A stretch of 17,557 nt of DNA from NCBI GenBank assembly GCA_002898395.1, contig BEHE01000026.1, positions 1-17,557 on the forward strand. The letters are read 5' to 3'. This DNA comes from Candidatus Calditenuaceae archaeon HR02 (GTDB lineage: Archaea; Thermoproteota; Nitrososphaeria_A; Caldarchaeales; Calditenuaceae). The notes beneath the pieces were generated by a model that was not told the origin of the DNA, searched no databases, and saw only the letters and a list, made by a program, of their open reading frames with translations. This document shows positions 15,665 to 17,557 of this stretch, in pieces (position 1 is the first letter of the stretch; each line of letters starts with the position of its first letter). Both the position numbers and the translations under genes were made by a program.

Positions 15665-16096
15665 CTATGACAAGTACTGCATGATTATGCTCTTGAATCT
15701 CTGCTTGGGCATGGCACCAACTATGGCATCGATCGCCTTCCCATCCTTGAAGACTATGAATGTCGGTATACTCATTATCCCGAACTTAGTCGCAGTAACG
15801 GGATTATAGTCTACGTTGAGTTTGCCGAAGACGACCTTCCCAGCCATCTCAGAGGCCAGCTCCTTAATGACTGGAGCCATAAACCTGCACGGTGCGCACC
15901 ACTCAGCCCAGAAATCAACAACTACGAGCGGGTATTTACTTACAAACCGGTCGAATTCCGCGTCACTAAGCTCAACAGGCTGGTTTGGATAGTCCCTAAC
16001 CCCATAGACTGCAGAGGAATTATGTCCACCCTGCGAAAGCAGTTCCCTCATTTTCCGCGCCTTGATACGATCGAGCTCGGAGTCGTCTATCACCAC
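15665..16096 (-). CDS. trxA: Thioredoxin with N-terminal helical extension
   Basis: VVVDFWAEWCAPC, KLNVD.NP, GIMSIPT. A TTTAAATA box at 16127-16120 is too close to ATG 16114, so GTG 16096 or 16093 is the more likely start. Confidence 0.92.
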   Translation of the reverse strand: MVIDDSELDRIKARKMRELLSQGGHNSSAVYGVRDYPNQPVELSDAEFDRFVSKYPLVVVDFWAEWCAPCRFMAPVIKELASEMAGKVVFGKLNVDYNPVTATKFGIMSIPTFIVFKDGKAIDAIVGAMPKQRFKSIIMQYLS

Positions 16097-16119
16097 AATC
16101 CACATTCCCTTCATTGTTT

Positions 16120-16127
16120 TATTTAAA
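16120..16127 (-). promoter_or_regulatory. TATA box for thioredoxin
   Basis: Minus strand TTTAAATA lies about 24 nt upstream of GTG 16096. Confidence 0.55.
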
Positions 16128-16223
16128 GGCTATTCCTCCACCTACGTGCTTGAGAAGTCGGAATATACTCAATTTATGGTAGGATAATTAATGGATAAGT
16201 ACGGGTTTGTCGCCTAATAATTC

Positions 16224-17132
16224 ATGAGGATCGTCTCGCTAGTCCCAAGCGCCACTGAAATACTCTTTAGCCTCGGCGCGGGCGACGAAGTTGTAGGAGT
16301 TACTTACGCCTGTGACTATCCGCCCGAAGCGCGGACAAGGCCTATAGTCGTCTCACCGAGAGTTAATACACATGGCTTACAATCGCGAGAGATTGACAGA
16401 ATAATTTCCGAGCTTTACGCAAGAGGAGAGACACCCTACATGATCAATAGAAGACTATTATCTGAGCTTAGGCCCGACGTGGTAGTCGCGCAGGGGCTCT
16501 GCGAGGTTTGTGCCGTCACTCCCGGGAGCATAGAGGAGGCAATCAAAGGAGTATGGCCTATCCCCAAGATCATAGCACTGCACCCCCACTCGATTGAGGA
16601 CGTGTTCACAGATATTTTGAGGGTTGGTGAGGCTGTGGGGAGGATAGAGGAGGCCAGAAAACTTGTCGCCCAGCTCCGAGAAGAGGTGCGCAGAATAGCT
16701 GAGAAGACCACTGGACTTGAGAGGAAGAGAACCTTCTTTATGGAGTGGGTGGACCCACCCTATTGTTCAGGACACTGGGTGCCGGAGATGGTTGAGATCG
16801 CTGGCGGGTTTGATCTAGGTGTCAAAGGAAAGCCTAGCCGGCGGGTTACGCCCGAGGAGGTTTTGAAGTTCAGTCCAGAAGTAATAATTTGTGGTCCATG
16901 CGGATACAGTCTCCAAGAGTCTTACCGCGACGCCACGCTATTGATGGGTGAGGACTGGGTTAGAGAGACTCCTGCATTTATCGATGGAGAAGTTTACGCG
17001 GTCAACTCCTCGATATACTTCAGCAGACACACCCCCAGCACCATTAAGGGAATATCAATACTTGCAGAGATTATACATCCAGCGAAGTTCAGAGGAGCGG
17101 CACCGCCAAACACATATGTGCGGTGCCGCTGA
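16224..17132 (+). CDS. BtuF-like cobalamin/iron-siderophore-binding protein (helical backbone metal receptor family)
   Basis: MRIVSLVPSATEILFSLG, VGVT..CDYP, LRPDVV, EW.DPP...GHWVPEMVEIAGG, VYAV....FSR. No signal peptide. Confidence 0.88.
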   Translation: MRIVSLVPSATEILFSLGAGDEVVGVTYACDYPPEARTRPIVVSPRVNTHGLQSREIDRIISELYARGETPYMINRRLLSELRPDVVVAQGLCEVCAVTPGSIEEAIKGVWPIPKIIALHPHSIEDVFTDILRVGEAVGRIEEARKLVAQLREEVRRIAEKTTGLERKRTFFMEWVDPPYCSGHWVPEMVEIAGGFDLGVKGKPSRRVTPEEVLKFSPEVIICGPCGYSLQESYRDATLLMGEDWVRETPAFIDGEVYAVNSSIYFSRHTPSTIKGISILAEIIHPAKFRGAAPPNTYVRCR

Positions 17133-17298
17133 CTTTTTCGGCGTCTATGCTGCCTTCAAGGGCCCATACCTGGATTATCTTTCCGCTGGAGAAGCGCACC
17201 TCCCCGAGGCTTATGAGCTCTCCATCCACCTCGAATATAGCAAATCCTCAATACGCGACCCGCGGGTTTTTCCTCGTGAATTCTTCTCTAGGCTTCTA
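17128..17298 (-). pseudogene. Degraded NUDIX-family (COG4119-like) hydrolase fragment
   Basis: 17247->17128 reads GFAIFEVDGELISLGEVRFSSGKIIQVWALEGSIDAEKVS, resembling the segment after the Nudix box in this family from memory. An in-frame TGA precedes it, and another frame upstream gives EA*RRIHEE, a possible broken Nudix box. Confidence 0.5.
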
Positions 17299-17465
17299 TT
17301 GCGAAGGGTAGCTGGGGTTCAGGTGAGCCTCCGAACCAGCGCCGGCAGGAGATTCTATCGTTCGAGAGTGTCAGGTTGACAAGCTCGTCCACAGAGACGT
17401 ATGGTGCCTCATAAATATGAACCCGCAATCCTCAATCCTTCTTCTCATAAGAACCCTCGCTTCAG

Positions 17466-17555
17466 CTATACTTCTTTAATCTCGTCTCTCACATTGCTGA
17501 AATTGACTCTCTGCATATACCACATGCGTGCCTCATACTCCCTCAAAGAATTAAA
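17466..17555 (-). other. Possible 3' end or decayed fragment of a gene entering from the right edge
   Basis: Open from the window edge: FNSLREYEARMWYMQRVNFSNVRDEIKEV*. No family recognised. Confidence 0.25.
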
Positions 17556-17557
17556 AT

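Noticed and set aside
527-16711. Numerous antisense or alternate-frame ORFs in the track (e.g. 9139-9693, 10323-10679, 13135-13440, 12746-12955)
   Set aside because: They are shadows of well-supported genes on the other strand or frame and carry no recognisable motifs.
16948-17379. 143-aa and 62-aa plus-strand ORFs at the right end
   Set aside because: They overlap the btuF-like gene and lie antisense to the NUDIX-like relic, with no family motifs.

Overview
This is an archaeal chromosomal window, judged from TATA/BRE-type promoters with short or absent leaders, frequent ATA/AGG codons and archaea-specific families (MptD, zinc ferredoxin). A thermophilic Thermoproteota-type lineage is my inference only. 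It is mostly metabolic. In order, it contains a membrane-anchored BNR/Asp-box protein, a circularly permuted family-5 ABC solute-binding protein with a single DppB-type permease, a DUF996 protein, a nicotinamidase-like hydrolase, hisA-hisF-hisI, a long Thermoplasma-type zinc ferredoxin, yjbQ, a short isocitrate lyase-like enzyme, a MazG-like protein, a phosphomevalonate/diphosphomevalonate decarboxylase, mptD, a polyprenyl synthase, thioredoxin and a BtuF-like protein. Direct reading adds features missing from the ORF track. These are a 207-bp MITE with perfect 17-bp TIRs and an 8-bp target duplication between two divergent promoters (12200-12406), a second 273-bp element with perfect 18-bp inverted ends (88-360), an 88-bp insertion-like scar with a 14-bp direct repeat at the hisI 3' end, a 54-aa AbrB-family gene, a 45-aa CxxC..CxxC microprotein gene and a NUDIX-like pseudogene fragment. 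I found no rRNA, tRNA, CRISPR array, transposase or recognisable defence system, and I cannot support a wholly new multi-gene system. Family assignments come from motif recognition, not database searches.
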